34,779 nucleotides of DNA from Anaerolineae bacterium. GTDB taxonomy: Bacteria > Chloroflexota > Anaerolineae > E26-bin7. Of the stretch, positions 1 to 8,780 are shown piece by piece. Location: the NCBI GenBank assembly GCA_029933115.1, contig JAOZOT010000005.1, positions 1-34,779 on the forward strand. Direction: 5' to 3'. A program made the position numbers and the translations under genes. The notes under the pieces are model-generated. The model searched no databases, was not told where the DNA came from, and saw only the letters and a program-made list of their open reading frames with translations. Numbering within the stretch: the stretch's first letter is position 1; each line of letters begins with the position of its first letter.

Positions 1-55
1 CTCAGACCGCAAGCCTTTAACAAGTCCTGATCAGGCGGCGCCACGCCAACCGTGC
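1..55. repeat. 55-bp terminal direct repeat (copy 1), contig circularisation overlap
   Basis: 1..55 (ctcagaccgc...caaccgtgc) is identical to 34725..34779; the tail tube ORF reads through the junction in frame. Confidence 0.97.
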
Positions 56-275
56 CGCTACCGCTAATGTGCATCGAGAAAGAAATGCGGGCCAGAATAG
101 TGCCGACACGCGGCTTCTCGCGCTGCGTTAGTGGAACCTGGATGTTGTTGTCAAACATATCGGCTTCCAGCGGCGTTAGGTCGTAATCAAATACCTTGTG
201 GTATTTCAACGTTCCGTCAGCCGGGCCGAAAGCGACTTTCGTTAATTTCGCTACATACGGTGGGCCAAAAGCCAT
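1..275 (-). CDS. Major tail (tube) protein, N-terminal part; continues across the origin to 34046 (317 aa in total)
   Basis: Hand translation from ATG 275 (RBS AGGAGGTGA): MAFGPPYVAKLTKVAFG...ISFSMHISGSGTVGVAPPDQDLLKACGLS, in frame with ORF 34046..34768; lies between the tail terminator and the tail chaperones. Confidence 0.85.
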   Translation of the reverse strand, partial: MAFGPPYVAKLTKVAFGPADGTLKYHKVFDYDLTPLEADMFDNNIQVPLTQREKPRVGTILARISFSMHISGSGTVGVAPPDQDLLKACGL

Positions 276-430
276 TATTTATCACCTCCTTTAGTTTTTT
301 GGGTATTGGCTTTTTGGGATACCGGCGGCTTGTAGCCAGTCATCCGATACCACGCCTCTTTCTCGCGTTCGGTTTTCCTGGCCCACTTCCGGGGGTCAAA
401 ACCCTCGGGGCAGGGATATTTTGTTTTCAT
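275..430 (-). CDS. Small basic hypothetical protein (51 aa), absent from the ORF track
   Basis: RBS GAGGTGA, ATG 430, MKTKYPCPEGFDPRKWARK...GGDK*; the stop overlaps the tail tube start (TAATG). Confidence 0.65.
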   Translation of the reverse strand: MKTKYPCPEGFDPRKWARKTEREKEAWYRMTGYKPPVSQKANTQKTKGGDK

Positions 431-442
431 CGTTTCACCTCG

Positions 443-859
443 TTAGAATTCACGTTCATATGTTATTTCGACGTGGCAGTCAAAATACATGTAGTTCGCC
501 GTCTCCCACGTCACCGGCGGCTCTTTCCTTTTCACCTCAGCGCATATGCAGGTATTGTTCAGTTGCGGATCACTGGCCAAACTATCGGCAATATCCTCCC
601 AGATGTCATACAGGGCGTCCTCGCCGTCTTTCGCTTTCTGAATAATGCGCACGGCAACAAGCTCCACGACGAGATTGGTGCTCGTTATATAATGGCGAAT
701 TTCAGCGGGGCCGGATTTGATGAATGCACAGGGGAAATCGCTTTCGGGCAATTTGCCGATGTCAACTTCTTTATAGCTCACCAATTTCAATGATGTGCAA
801 TCATTATCAAGCTGTGCAGCGAGCGCGGCAAGGATTGTTTTCAAGCTTTGACTAGCCAT
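443..859 (-). CDS. Putative tail terminator / tail completion protein
   Basis: 138 aa, acidic; position between neck gene and tail tube; FPCAFI and DIADSLASDPQL patterns typical of tail terminators. Confidence 0.65.
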   Translation of the reverse strand: MASQSLKTILAALAAQLDNDCTSLKLVSYKEVDIGKLPESDFPCAFIKSGPAEIRHYITSTNLVVELVAVRIIQKAKDGEDALYDIWEDIADSLASDPQLNNTCICAEVKRKEPPVTWETANYMYFDCHVEITYEREF

Positions 860-1349
860 CGAAGCCTATCTCCTTGCGCATTTGCGCGAGCGCCTTTTCC
901 GCTTCCTTCTGTATCGGATGTCGCAGAAAGCGCTTCGGTTTTATGTAGCCGCCCGGATGATGCACGCGCCGCCTGTAAAGCGTTTCACCGCCGATAACAA
1001 ACTTCAGTCTGCCCGGCCTGCCGTCACGCCCGATACGTCCCGGCTTGGCGCTGATGCCGTGCGGCGGGATATGGCCGCCATATTCCTGAATGGCAGCGTA
1101 TTCCTTATCGCTGCTCAGGCCAATTGTCCACGCGCTTGCTCCCGTGCGCTGCGAGACGGGCGAAATTGAATTGCGCAAATTGCCCGTGCGCACTTTCATC
1201 ACCTTCGGGAAGAATGCGGTTGCTTCCGCGCGGAACTTAAATGGCAATTCCGCTACCTGTTTGGCTATAGCCCTTTTTGCGCTTTTGCCGACGCCCTTCA
1301 CCAGCGCATTTAAATCATGCCCCAGTTTATCAAGCGTGGTGACGCTCAT
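852..1349 (-). CDS. HK97 gp10-like / virion morphogenesis (neck) protein
   Basis: VRTGNLRNSI, YAAIQEYGG, HPG and KPKRFLRHP motifs; basic; position in the head-tail module. Confidence 0.8.
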   Translation of the reverse strand: MSVTTLDKLGHDLNALVKGVGKSAKRAIAKQVAELPFKFRAEATAFFPKVMKVRTGNLRNSISPVSQRTGASAWTIGLSSDKEYAAIQEYGGHIPPHGISAKPGRIGRDGRPGRLKFVIGGETLYRRRVHHPGGYIKPKRFLRHPIQKEAEKALAQMRKEIGFDG

Positions 1350-1999
1350 ATTACCAGCCTCCGGTAGCCGTTCAGCACACGCTCAACATCAGCAGGGATA
1401 CCACTTATGTATTTGTCGATAACGATAGTTTCGCCGACAAGCGTTTTTGAGCTAAGTCCGAGAAGGCCCTGGCTTTTGCGCCAACCGTTGAACGCAAGCA
1501 CTACAAGCTGGGCGACGGCGTATTCAAGGTCGCGCGGCGCGTCAAATGTTTTCCCTGCCCCAGGGTCGGGATATGCTGCGTCGACCCAGTTGCTGCAATC
1601 ATATCCGGAAGTGTAGACAACCTTGATATTATTTTCAGTGCCGGCATACCAGTTCGGCCAGGTCGCGTTCCCTTCCTGTCCGAGCTTGGGATAATGGATG
1701 TAGCGATCTTCAAACTCCTCGTAATAATCGCTGCTTTCAGTATCGTAGCTATCGTCCCCGTCCCAGATGGCGACTGAACTTATCGCTGTTACCGGCCATT
1801 CCCTAAGCCACAGCTTGTTGCTGCCATTGCCAGTATAGTATTCCGTCCGCTCAACCGATTCAAGCGTGCGGTCGCAGTAGGTCTGAACCCAGTCAGTAAC
1901 GGCCAGCGCAAGCGCCTTCAGGTCGTCGTCGTAATCGGCGCTGTCTTCGTTAAGCAGCGCTTTGATTAGCGCAAGTCTTGCAATTGCCGTTGTCGCCAT
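1346..1999 (-). CDS. Head-tail connector (adaptor) protein, long form
   Basis: DDDLKAL...VQTYCDRTL, LREWPVTAISSV, IKVVYTSGY, PRDLEYAV, VLNGYRRL; lies downstream of the capsid genes. Confidence 0.8.
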   Translation of the reverse strand: MATTAIARLALIKALLNEDSADYDDDLKALALAVTDWVQTYCDRTLESVERTEYYTGNGSNKLWLREWPVTAISSVAIWDGDDSYDTESSDYYEEFEDRYIHYPKLGQEGNATWPNWYAGTENNIKVVYTSGYDCSNWVDAAYPDPGAGKTFDAPRDLEYAVAQLVVLAFNGWRKSQGLLGLSSKTLVGETIVIDKYISGIPADVERVLNGYRRLVI

Positions 2000-2020
2000 T
2001 TTTATTGCTCCGTTTATCCC

Positions 2021-2049
2021 GGGGGCGGACGCCGGAACCGCCCGCCCCC
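2021..2049 (-). terminator. GC-rich intergenic hairpin after the capsid/decoration genes (terminator, attenuator or mRNA-stabilising stem)
   Basis: Minus-strand GGGGGCGGGCG-gttccgg-CGTCCGCCCCC, 11-bp stem with one G-U pair; no U-tract. Confidence 0.5.
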
Positions 2050-2056
2050 TAAAGCA

Positions 2057-2248
2057 CTATCGCCCGTCGCGGTTAGCCAGCTTGTTTTCGTCGCCCGCTT
2101 CTTCGTGCGTCTTAACGCTGTGCGGATCGCGCGCCATGTCTTGCACGGCCACTTTCCGCTCGATTAACCTGCGGGCCTCATGCGCGGGGAACTCCGCCCT
2201 GTCGCCAGGGGTATAACGTTCCCAGGTTGTAACGAACCGCACGCGCAT
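2057..2248 (-). CDS. Small hypothetical head-associated protein (63 aa)
   Basis: MRVRF...YTPGD...EARRLIERKVA pattern of small proteins encoded between capsid and connector genes; tightly packed. Confidence 0.7.
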   Translation of the reverse strand: MRVRFVTTWERYTPGDRAEFPAHEARRLIERKVAVQDMARDPHSVKTHEEAGDENKLANRDGR

Positions 2249-2250
2249 GT

Positions 2251-2700
2251 TTAGCTGCCCTGAACCGTCTGACCGCTCGGCCCGTGCAGAATGCGTCCTT
2301 TCACAGCGTAAATGCCAATAATCGTTCCGCTGCTGTGCGTTCCGGTGGCGGTAACCACCACCTTGACGTAACGCTTACTGCCGCGATAGCCGAGGCAGTA
2401 AATGTTATCGTCATCGGCGGCAGCATTTACCACGCCGAACACATTAGACGTATTGCCGATAACGTCGGTATCGGCCACGTCGGTGTAAGTTCCACCGGAA
2501 GTATCGCATTCGGTCAGCTTGCAGCTCCAGTAAACCGAGCCACTAAGCGTATCGCCCGATTCACCGAAGCTCACAGCAAACGTCGCGCCCTCGTAGCCCG
2601 CAAGGTCGCAGGCATCGGAGGTCACGGTGCTTGTTGCCGTATCCGGATCGGTTAGCTGCTCAAGTAACAGCCTGTTAAATAAATCGTAACTGCACGCCAT
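2251..2700 (-). CDS. Putative capsid decoration/cement protein
   Basis: 149 aa, beta-rich (DLAGYEGATFAV...YRGSKRYVKVVVT), directly after the major capsid gene, RBS AGGAGG. Confidence 0.65.
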   Translation of the reverse strand: MACSYDLFNRLLLEQLTDPDTATSTVTSDACDLAGYEGATFAVSFGESGDTLSGSVYWSCKLTECDTSGGTYTDVADTDVIGNTSNVFGVVNAAADDDNIYCLGYRGSKRYVKVVVTATGTHSSGTIIGIYAVKGRILHGPSGQTVQGS

Positions 2701-2717
2701 AAGCGTAGGTGCCTCCT

Positions 2718-3878
2718 TTACACCTGAACAATCTCGAATGCATAAGGGTCAACGACCGCGCCGCCCACTCTCCACCGGAAGTAGAAGTAGACGTAGCCGT
2801 CGCCCTTATACGGGTTGCGAACCACGACGAACCTCTTGGGCTTTTCAACGATGGTGTAGCCCTGGGCGAAATCGCCGACTATCAGCGGCTTGTAGCCGTT
2901 GGTGCCGTCATCCTGCATCGTCTCCGAAGTGCGGATGCGCTTGAAGAATGAGCCTTGCTGCGTCATCACCTGGAACATTGGCGTGGAGCCAGCGTCCTGG
3001 ATGAGCACCTTATACAGAGTGCCCGAATTCACCAGCGCGACCGCATTCCCGCGATACTGCGTTTTGAGGCTCAGCAAGCCCTGGATAAAGTCTTCCCAAT
3101 CCAGGTTGTCGTTGGCCGCATCGTGGCCGGTAAGAACATCCACATCGCTGTTGGTGATAACGCCTTCAGGCTCACCATCGCCTGAGCCGTTGATGAAATC
3201 CTGCCCGCCGGTATAGGCTACTTGGATTGCGGCGCGTCGTGTAAGGAAACCCTCGATGTCGTAAGCGCTGTCCTCCAGCAGTTCCTCGGATACCCTCGAG
3301 TAGAACTTGATGCCGTGGATGTGAATGATGCGCTCGCCCACTGTGGGTTCGCTTTCCGAGCCAACGGAACCTTCACCAGCATAAGCCGCCGATGGGTCTG
3401 TCTTTTGATAGGGAACAGTGAGCGAGTTGCCGCTTACCGTTTCCTTGTTCGCCAGCCCGTAAACCGGATCGATATCAACCGCAAGCTCTATAATGCGCTT
3501 TGCCATTTGCTCCGGCACGAGCACGCCTCCGGCAGATGCGTCGGTTGTCACCATTGCCGCACGGGTTTCCGGCGGTTCGTTATCGCCATGCTTCAAGTCG
3601 GTGGTCACGCCGCGTCGCAGATAGTTTTCAAACGCGCGGCTTTCGGGATCATCGGGTTCGGTCTCCTTCACCTTCTTGAAGTAGTTGTTAACGTTGTCGA
3701 TCTCCTTGCGCAACTCGGTTTCAACCCTTTTCACCTCGTCCTTGAACGCCTCGCCAAGCCGCTTTTCCATCGCCTTCGTGTCGTCGGCGGTGGGGCGCTC
3801 GGCGATTTTAGCCTTCAGTTCCTCAATGGGCGCGGTGAACTTGGGTTCGAGTTCCTCAAGTAGTTCCTTCGTATCCAT
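2718..3878 (-). CDS. HK97-family major capsid protein (386 aa) with N-terminal coiled-coil scaffolding (delta) domain
   Basis: AGGVLVPEQ, VSEELLEDSAYDIEGFL, FINGSGDGEPEG, GDFAQGY, RVGGAVVDP motifs; start moved to ATG 3878 (RBS GAGGT). Confidence 0.95.
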   Translation of the reverse strand: MDTKELLEELEPKFTAPIEELKAKIAERPTADDTKAMEKRLGEAFKDEVKRVETELRKEIDNVNNYFKKVKETEPDDPESRAFENYLRRGVTTDLKHGDNEPPETRAAMVTTDASAGGVLVPEQMAKRIIELAVDIDPVYGLANKETVSGNSLTVPYQKTDPSAAYAGEGSVGSESEPTVGERIIHIHGIKFYSRVSEELLEDSAYDIEGFLTRRAAIQVAYTGGQDFINGSGDGEPEGVITNSDVDVLTGHDAANDNLDWEDFIQGLLSLKTQYRGNAVALVNSGTLYKVLIQDAGSTPMFQVMTQQGSFFKRIRTSETMQDDGTNGYKPLIVGDFAQGYTIVEKPKRFVVVRNPYKGDGYVYFYFRWRVGGAVVDPYAFEIVQV

Positions 3879-3912
3879 AGTTACCTCTGTTGTTTGGGAT
3901 TTGGCCAACCGT

Positions 3913-4902
3913 TCAGGCTCTAATCCTCCTTGTGAAATCATCAAGGAACTTGCTAACGGAGTGGATGTCCGCCTCCGTGATTCCGGTCGCGTCTTCCGCT
4001 TCGGCAGCTGCGCTGGCAAGTAGCGAATCGCCGCCTTGCAAATCGCAAGTCAACCCAAGCAGAAGTGCTATTTTCTCGTCTATGATCAAGCTATCCGGTA
4101 TGTAGATATTGTCATCGCTGCGTTTAGCATCGGGATGTTCTTTGAGCCAGCTTTTCGCTTTGGCCAAAGTCCAATCATCCTCTTTGGGGAACAGCAGCGC
4201 TTGAATTAGCCATTTGTCTTCCCCTTTCAGTTTGCCGTAAGTGGCCATAACGCGCGGCTTCTTTTTTACGAGCACGATGGTGCGTATCTTCTCAAACTGC
4301 TCAGGGTCGCGCACGCGATAACGAATATAATCATCAGTCTCGTCCCAGCCGGGTCGCGTTTCGAAGCCGTGAAGCGTGAACGGCTCCATTGTGAGCCAAC
4401 TATTGCGCGTTTCCGTTATGTCCGCTTTCGGATTGGCCGCGAAGCCCGGCGGGATTGTTGAATGTTCGCCCATTGCGACTTCGGTCAGTTCGGTCAAGTC
4501 CTCTTTCTTATCGTAAGTCCATTTCACCGGCCAGAAGCCGATAGAAAGCTGCGCGTCGCGGCCCAGCGCCGCCGTATGCTTTATTAGCGCGTATTCCTGT
4601 GCAGCTTCCGGCACGTCGTTGATAAGTAATTCACTTTCAACGAACAGCCCTTTCTTGTCCTCCTCAGCGTGCCTGTTGTTACCGAGCCACTTCTTCGGAT
4701 CGTGATATTTATATACCGGCCACACGCCCTTCAGGTGTTTCACCGTCTGCTTAAATGCGCCGGGCTTCACAATTTCGCGGTAGGCTTCTACGAGCACATT
4801 GAAGACGCTTGCGTAGCCGCGAATAACGCCCACATCACCCTCAACGTCAGCGCCCCGTATATCAAGCGCGCAGGTCAAATATCTTTTATCTCGTTTTCTC
4901 AT
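3913..4902 (-). CDS. HK97-family prohead protease (329 aa) with an extra C-terminal domain
   Basis: IRGYASVFN, EIVKPGAF, catalytic His (YKYHDP) and Ser (LSIGF), AANPKA; start moved to ATG 4902 (RBS GGAGG, ATGA overlap with the portal stop). Confidence 0.92.
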   Translation of the reverse strand: MRKRDKRYLTCALDIRGADVEGDVGVIRGYASVFNVLVEAYREIVKPGAFKQTVKHLKGVWPVYKYHDPKKWLGNNRHAEEDKKGLFVESELLINDVPEAAQEYALIKHTAALGRDAQLSIGFWPVKWTYDKKEDLTELTEVAMGEHSTIPPGFAANPKADITETRNSWLTMEPFTLHGFETRPGWDETDDYIRYRVRDPEQFEKIRTIVLVKKKPRVMATYGKLKGEDKWLIQALLFPKEDDWTLAKAKSWLKEHPDAKRSDDNIYIPDSLIIDEKIALLLGLTCDLQGGDSLLASAAAEAEDATGITEADIHSVSKFLDDFTRRIRA

Positions 4903-6953
4903 ACAGCCTCCGATTCTTTGAATAGCGGCGCGGTGTTGCAGCGGCAGTTGATGTCCTCGGCGGGGTCGCCGGTCTGTCCGGGGCATTGCCCGCCGTTGCT
5001 GAATGTCTCGTTTATTCCGACCACTTCCCCGTCCATTGCCTGATGTGTTTCGCGCACATCCGCGTCCCGTGCAGTTATCCATTCCTTGAGTGGCACGCCG
5101 CCCTGTTTGTAGCCTTCAATCTGCGCGTAGTTTACCGTGCGCCCCGTTTCCGTGCGGCTGATGGCGATGCTGCGTCCCCGGCTAATATTCGCGCCCCAGC
5201 TTGAATACAATTCCTCGATACGGGCGCGAAGCTTGTCTGCTCCTTCGCCTTCGGCCATACCCTCTTCCAGCACTGCTTTGATTTTCTTGCCGGTATAATC
5301 GTTGATTAAGCGCGAGCGTTCAGCAATGTCGGCGGCGAGCCATTCTTTTATATCAGGCCGTTCAACGTCAAACAAAATGTCCGAGCCGATTTCATCAAGC
5401 GCATCCTGGCCGAACTCCATTGTCATGCTCACATAAATGCCGTGCATTTCCTCGGCGTAGTGCGCGTTCTCCTCGGGGCCGAATATATTGCCAGCAATAT
5501 CACGCTTGCTGGCGCCGACCCACGTGCCGATATTTTCAAGCACGCGCGCCTTTTGCCCTTTCCAGAAGCGTCGCAAATCGCGCTCAAACAAGCCTTCGTA
5601 AATGCGGCGCGTGCGGTCGTAGCGCTTGTATTTTCGCAACCGCGCTTCCTCTGTGCGATAAAGCGAATGCTCGGAAACATAATCAAGCACGTCACCGTGT
5701 TGTTGCCTGGCGTTCACGCCCAGAATGCGTATCTTGCCGCGCGCGCTTTCCTCGGGTTTGTTTTCCGGTAAGCTGCCGAAGGGGATTTGATTGAAGCCGA
5801 CAAGAATCACATCGCCGCCTTCCACGTCTTCAAGCCCCACCTCCTGGCGGCGCTCGTTTACGGTCAGCCACCAGGCGGTATTCAGTCGGTTCACCTTTTC
5901 ATTCAGGTCAGGTCGCAATGCATCTACATGCTCGGTATTGATTGCCAGCCGAATACTCTTTTCATATTTGGGGAGTAACCAGGCATTCATCTCCTGGCTG
6001 AAATGATTCGCAAGTGGTAGGACAGTTTCGTGATAAAAGGCCTTGCGCGCCTCACGATAATTGCTGTAAGTGCTGTTGGCCATATCGCCCAGAAGCTGTG
6101 AGGGAACGCCCAGCACGGCGCATATCTCGCGCATCATGTCGCGTTTGCCCTCAAGCCAATCAAGGTCTTTGGCGTTCAAGCCGAATTCCCTGAAGTCGCC
6201 AAGCTCACCTGGCAAAACTTTTATCTTGCCCGCATTCTTGGGGCCGCCAAGCTCGCGCTCGTATTTCTCCTGCGCTTTTATCAAGTCAATGTGACCCGGC
6301 AGCGCGTTCTTAAGCGTAAGCAGAATCGACGTGCGTCCCATATTATCAAGCAGGCTTTTGTTCCACTGCACGGCGGAATTGAAAGCCAGAATTATCGGCT
6401 TGGCAGCGGTAACAGGCGAAAAGCCCTGCAACTTGCTTCGCGGATTCGGGAACGCTATGTGCCGCATCTCATCGGATTGGATTGGCTCTGCCCTGTTTGT
6501 GATTTTGTAATAATGCTCCAATCCAATCTGAACTAATTCCACGTTATCCGGATTGACAAGCTCCATCATCGGGCTTGCGCTTGGGCGCCCGCCTGCCCCA
6601 CTTGGCAGGTGTATGAAACTGATTCCCGCCAGGTATATATGCGCCACCCATTGCTGAAGAAATTCGCTGAACGATTGCAAGTTGTTGGGGCGCGTGAATA
6701 ATTGGTGCAGCGGCTCACCCGGCTCAACCACTTCATCGTCTTTGACGAATACGAAATCAATTCCGCTTATCGCGTTCGCGATTTCGTTTATGCAGGCGTA
6801 AACAATCGGGTTGGACGAATACGCTTTAGTGTAAGCGGTATGAAAATCCCACGGCGTGCTATCGCCTTCTTTCAGCCCAAGAAATTCCAGCAGGCTTGAG
6901 CTGAGTGCCCTTACTTGTGGTGCTCGCCGTATGTCGAATCCGAATATTCTCAT
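4899..6953 (-). CDS. HK97-family portal protein fused to a MuF/SPP1 gp7 head morphogenesis domain
   Basis: Portal: NPIVYACINEIA, RPN, GFSPV, GVPSQLLG, TVNERR. MuF: ISRTET, KEWITARDADVRETH, DGEVV, INCRC. One 684-aa ORF. Confidence 0.92.
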   Translation of the reverse strand: MRIFGFDIRRAPQVRALSSSLLEFLGLKEGDSTPWDFHTAYTKAYSSNPIVYACINEIANAISGIDFVFVKDDEVVEPGEPLHQLFTRPNNLQSFSEFLQQWVAHIYLAGISFIHLPSGAGGRPSASPMMELVNPDNVELVQIGLEHYYKITNRAEPIQSDEMRHIAFPNPRSKLQGFSPVTAAKPIILAFNSAVQWNKSLLDNMGRTSILLTLKNALPGHIDLIKAQEKYERELGGPKNAGKIKVLPGELGDFREFGLNAKDLDWLEGKRDMMREICAVLGVPSQLLGDMANSTYSNYREARKAFYHETVLPLANHFSQEMNAWLLPKYEKSIRLAINTEHVDALRPDLNEKVNRLNTAWWLTVNERRQEVGLEDVEGGDVILVGFNQIPFGSLPENKPEESARGKIRILGVNARQQHGDVLDYVSEHSLYRTEEARLRKYKRYDRTRRIYEGLFERDLRRFWKGQKARVLENIGTWVGASKRDIAGNIFGPEENAHYAEEMHGIYVSMTMEFGQDALDEIGSDILFDVERPDIKEWLAADIAERSRLINDYTGKKIKAVLEEGMAEGEGADKLRARIEELYSSWGANISRGRSIAISRTETGRTVNYAQIEGYKQGGVPLKEWITARDADVRETHQAMDGEVVGINETFSNGGQCPGQTGDPAEDINCRCNTAPLFKESEAV

Positions 6954-6954
6954 T

Positions 6955-8397
6955 TCACCAATCCAATGTGATCACATCACCACCACGCATTGCCTCCCAT
7001 TCCTTGATATAGTTAGCGAAATGCGCCGTGGTGTCCACCTGATCGTCGTGTTTGCCGCGCGGGAATTCGGCGTGCTCGTGCACGAAGTCATTTACCCAGG
7101 GTTCGCCATCAGCAAGGAACAATCGGTGCGTTTGTTGTAGTCCAATCGCTTGCTCCGCGCGCGAGAGCTTGTCTTTATCGGCAGTAACAATCTTGATAGG
7201 CAAGCGAGTTTCGCGCTGTAGCGCTTGCTGTGATTGTTTACCTGATGCCCCTTCCTCTACCAAAACACACATCGGGCTTACACGATGCTCCTCCTGTGCC
7301 GCTAATTCGTATTCGCCTTTTAGCGCTACTACCAGATCGGGGAATTCCATTCTGGCACGATAGATTCTACGGCAAAAGTAACCTTCGGGGATAACCCACC
7401 AAGTGGCAATTACCGTGAAATCATTTTCCTTCTTGATGCCTATAGCCGTATCAACCACCTGCACAACGTGCAGCGGCTTGCCCAGCATCGCCGTGCGTAT
7501 ATAGCGCCAGTCCTCACGCTTGAAGTAATTGCCGCTTTCCGGCGTTGGGTTTTGCTGGTAAAGCGCTTCCCAGCTATGTTTGCTGATAGTAAGATTCTCA
7601 AAATACTCAACGGGAAACCGTTCCGTCCAGAGTGCCTCGCCTTCCGAACGGCCAAGCGGGTCTACCTCGTTGCCTGCTGCCAGCGCGGGCAGCTTCACCA
7701 CTTCCCACCTCTCGCCCTCAGCCTCCAGCAGCCGACCTACAAGGTCGTCATGGTGACGGCGCGTCATAATGAATATCACGCCAGCGTTTGGTTCAAGTCG
7801 TGTCTGAATATCTTCTTGCCACCATTTCCACGCGCGTTCGCGGTAGGTTTCGCTACGGGCCTCCTCGGCGCTCTTGACGACATCGTCCAGCACCATAAGG
7901 TTCAGGCGGCGTCCGGTAATCGCGCCACCAACGCCAACTGTCACCATGCCGCCGTCGGCGTTTTCTATATGCCAGCGGGAGACGGCGCTGCTGTCGGAAG
8001 CGACGCTTATACCGAGCTGGCTGCTGAAGCGATTGATCAAGTTGCGCGCTTTTCGTCCCCATTCGGCGGCGAATTCGGCTGTGTGCGCTGCCAGCCCAAC
8101 GCGCCAGCTCGGGAAGTGCGACAATGCCCAGATGATAGTCCATAAAGAAGTGAGCGTGCTTTTGCCGTGGCCCGGCGGTAGAAGTATCATCAGCCGCTTA
8201 TTGCGCCCGGTGATCACATCCACAATCTTGCGGTCAATTAGCCGGACGTGCTGGGGAAGCAGATAAGGGTCGCTATCCGCTCGCGTCAGCCACGCCGCCA
8301 TTGTCGCTGGGCTCGCCCGCCACAGGTTGTTCAATATGTGCAACGACTTTTTGGGCAAACTCGACAATACCGTCGATTGTGCCGAGCAATTCTGCAA
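6955..8397 (-). CDS. terL: Terminase large subunit
   Basis: Walker A PPGHGKS, ITGRR, Walker B LMVLDD, ALYQQNP, nuclease VDTA...DFT and FPRGKHDDQVD; start uncertain (TTG 8397 or ATG 8301). Confidence 0.95.
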   Translation of the reverse strand: MQNCSAQSTVLSSLPKKSLHILNNLWRASPATMAAWLTRADSDPYLLPQHVRLIDRKIVDVITGRNKRLMILLPPGHGKSTLTSLWTIIWALSHFPSWRVGLAAHTAEFAAEWGRKARNLINRFSSQLGISVASDSSAVSRWHIENADGGMVTVGVGGAITGRRLNLMVLDDVVKSAEEARSETYRERAWKWWQEDIQTRLEPNAGVIFIMTRRHHDDLVGRLLEAEGERWEVVKLPALAAGNEVDPLGRSEGEALWTERFPVEYFENLTISKHSWEALYQQNPTPESGNYFKREDWRYIRTAMLGKPLHVVQVVDTAIGIKKENDFTVIATWWVIPEGYFCRRIYRARMEFPDLVVALKGEYELAAQEEHRVSPMCVLVEEGASGKQSQQALQRETRLPIKIVTADKDKLSRAEQAIGLQQTHRLFLADGEPWVNDFVHEHAEFPRGKHDDQVDTTAHFANYIKEWEAMRGGDVITLDW

Positions 8398-8779
8398 ACT
8401 CGCCGCCAGTAGATGTCACCTCCAGTTTCTGCGGTTTAGTGCTGATAACGTCCGCTTGCAGCAAACGCAGAAGCTCTATGGCTTCTCTGTTGCTGCTGAT
8501 TTCAAGTTGCTCCTCGATATACTGCTGAACCTTGTCCGCTAAAGCGTCAAGGATTTCGCGGTAGCGCTCACTGTAACCGATATGATTTTCAATACCGCGC
8601 TGGGCAAGGCGCTGAACGTAACCCTTCCAATTTTCGTTACGTGCCCACGTCTTTACGGTCGAATAAGACCTCTTGAAATGCTTAGCCGTGCGCTTCAAGC
8701 TGCGCCCGTTTTCCAGCCACCACTTGAGCGCGTCAAGGTGCACGGGCACGCCATTGCCGACTGTCTCGCCATTCGCCAT
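8273..8779 (-). CDS. terS: Putative terminase small subunit
   Basis: N-terminal HTH (RSLKRTAKHFKRSYSTVKTWARNENW), helical core, KLEVT tail; directly upstream of terL; start set at ATG 8779. Confidence 0.75.
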   Translation of the reverse strand: MANGETVGNGVPVHLDALKWWLENGRSLKRTAKHFKRSYSTVKTWARNENWKGYVQRLAQRGIENHIGYSERYREILDALADKVQQYIEEQLEISSNREAIELLRLLQADVISTKPQKLEVTSTGGEFAELLGTIDGIVEFAQKVVAHIEQPVAGEPSDNGGVADASG

Positions 8780-8780
8780 A

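Noticed and set aside
1-55. Terminal repeat as a biological DTR or att site
   Set aside because: It falls mid-gene and its 55-nt length matches a common assembler k-mer; best read as a circularisation overlap
131-793. 220-aa plus-strand ORF and the many other plus-strand ORFs outside 23.6-24.7 kb
   Set aside because: Antisense shadows of well-supported minus-strand genes, with no RBS or recognisable motifs
3879-4019. Extended N-termini in the ORF track (capsid 4019, protease 5082, initiator 10362, DUF5131 14557, SbcD-SbcC 21630 and others)
   Set aside because: They overlap upstream genes; downstream ATGs have a clear RBS or stop/start coupling
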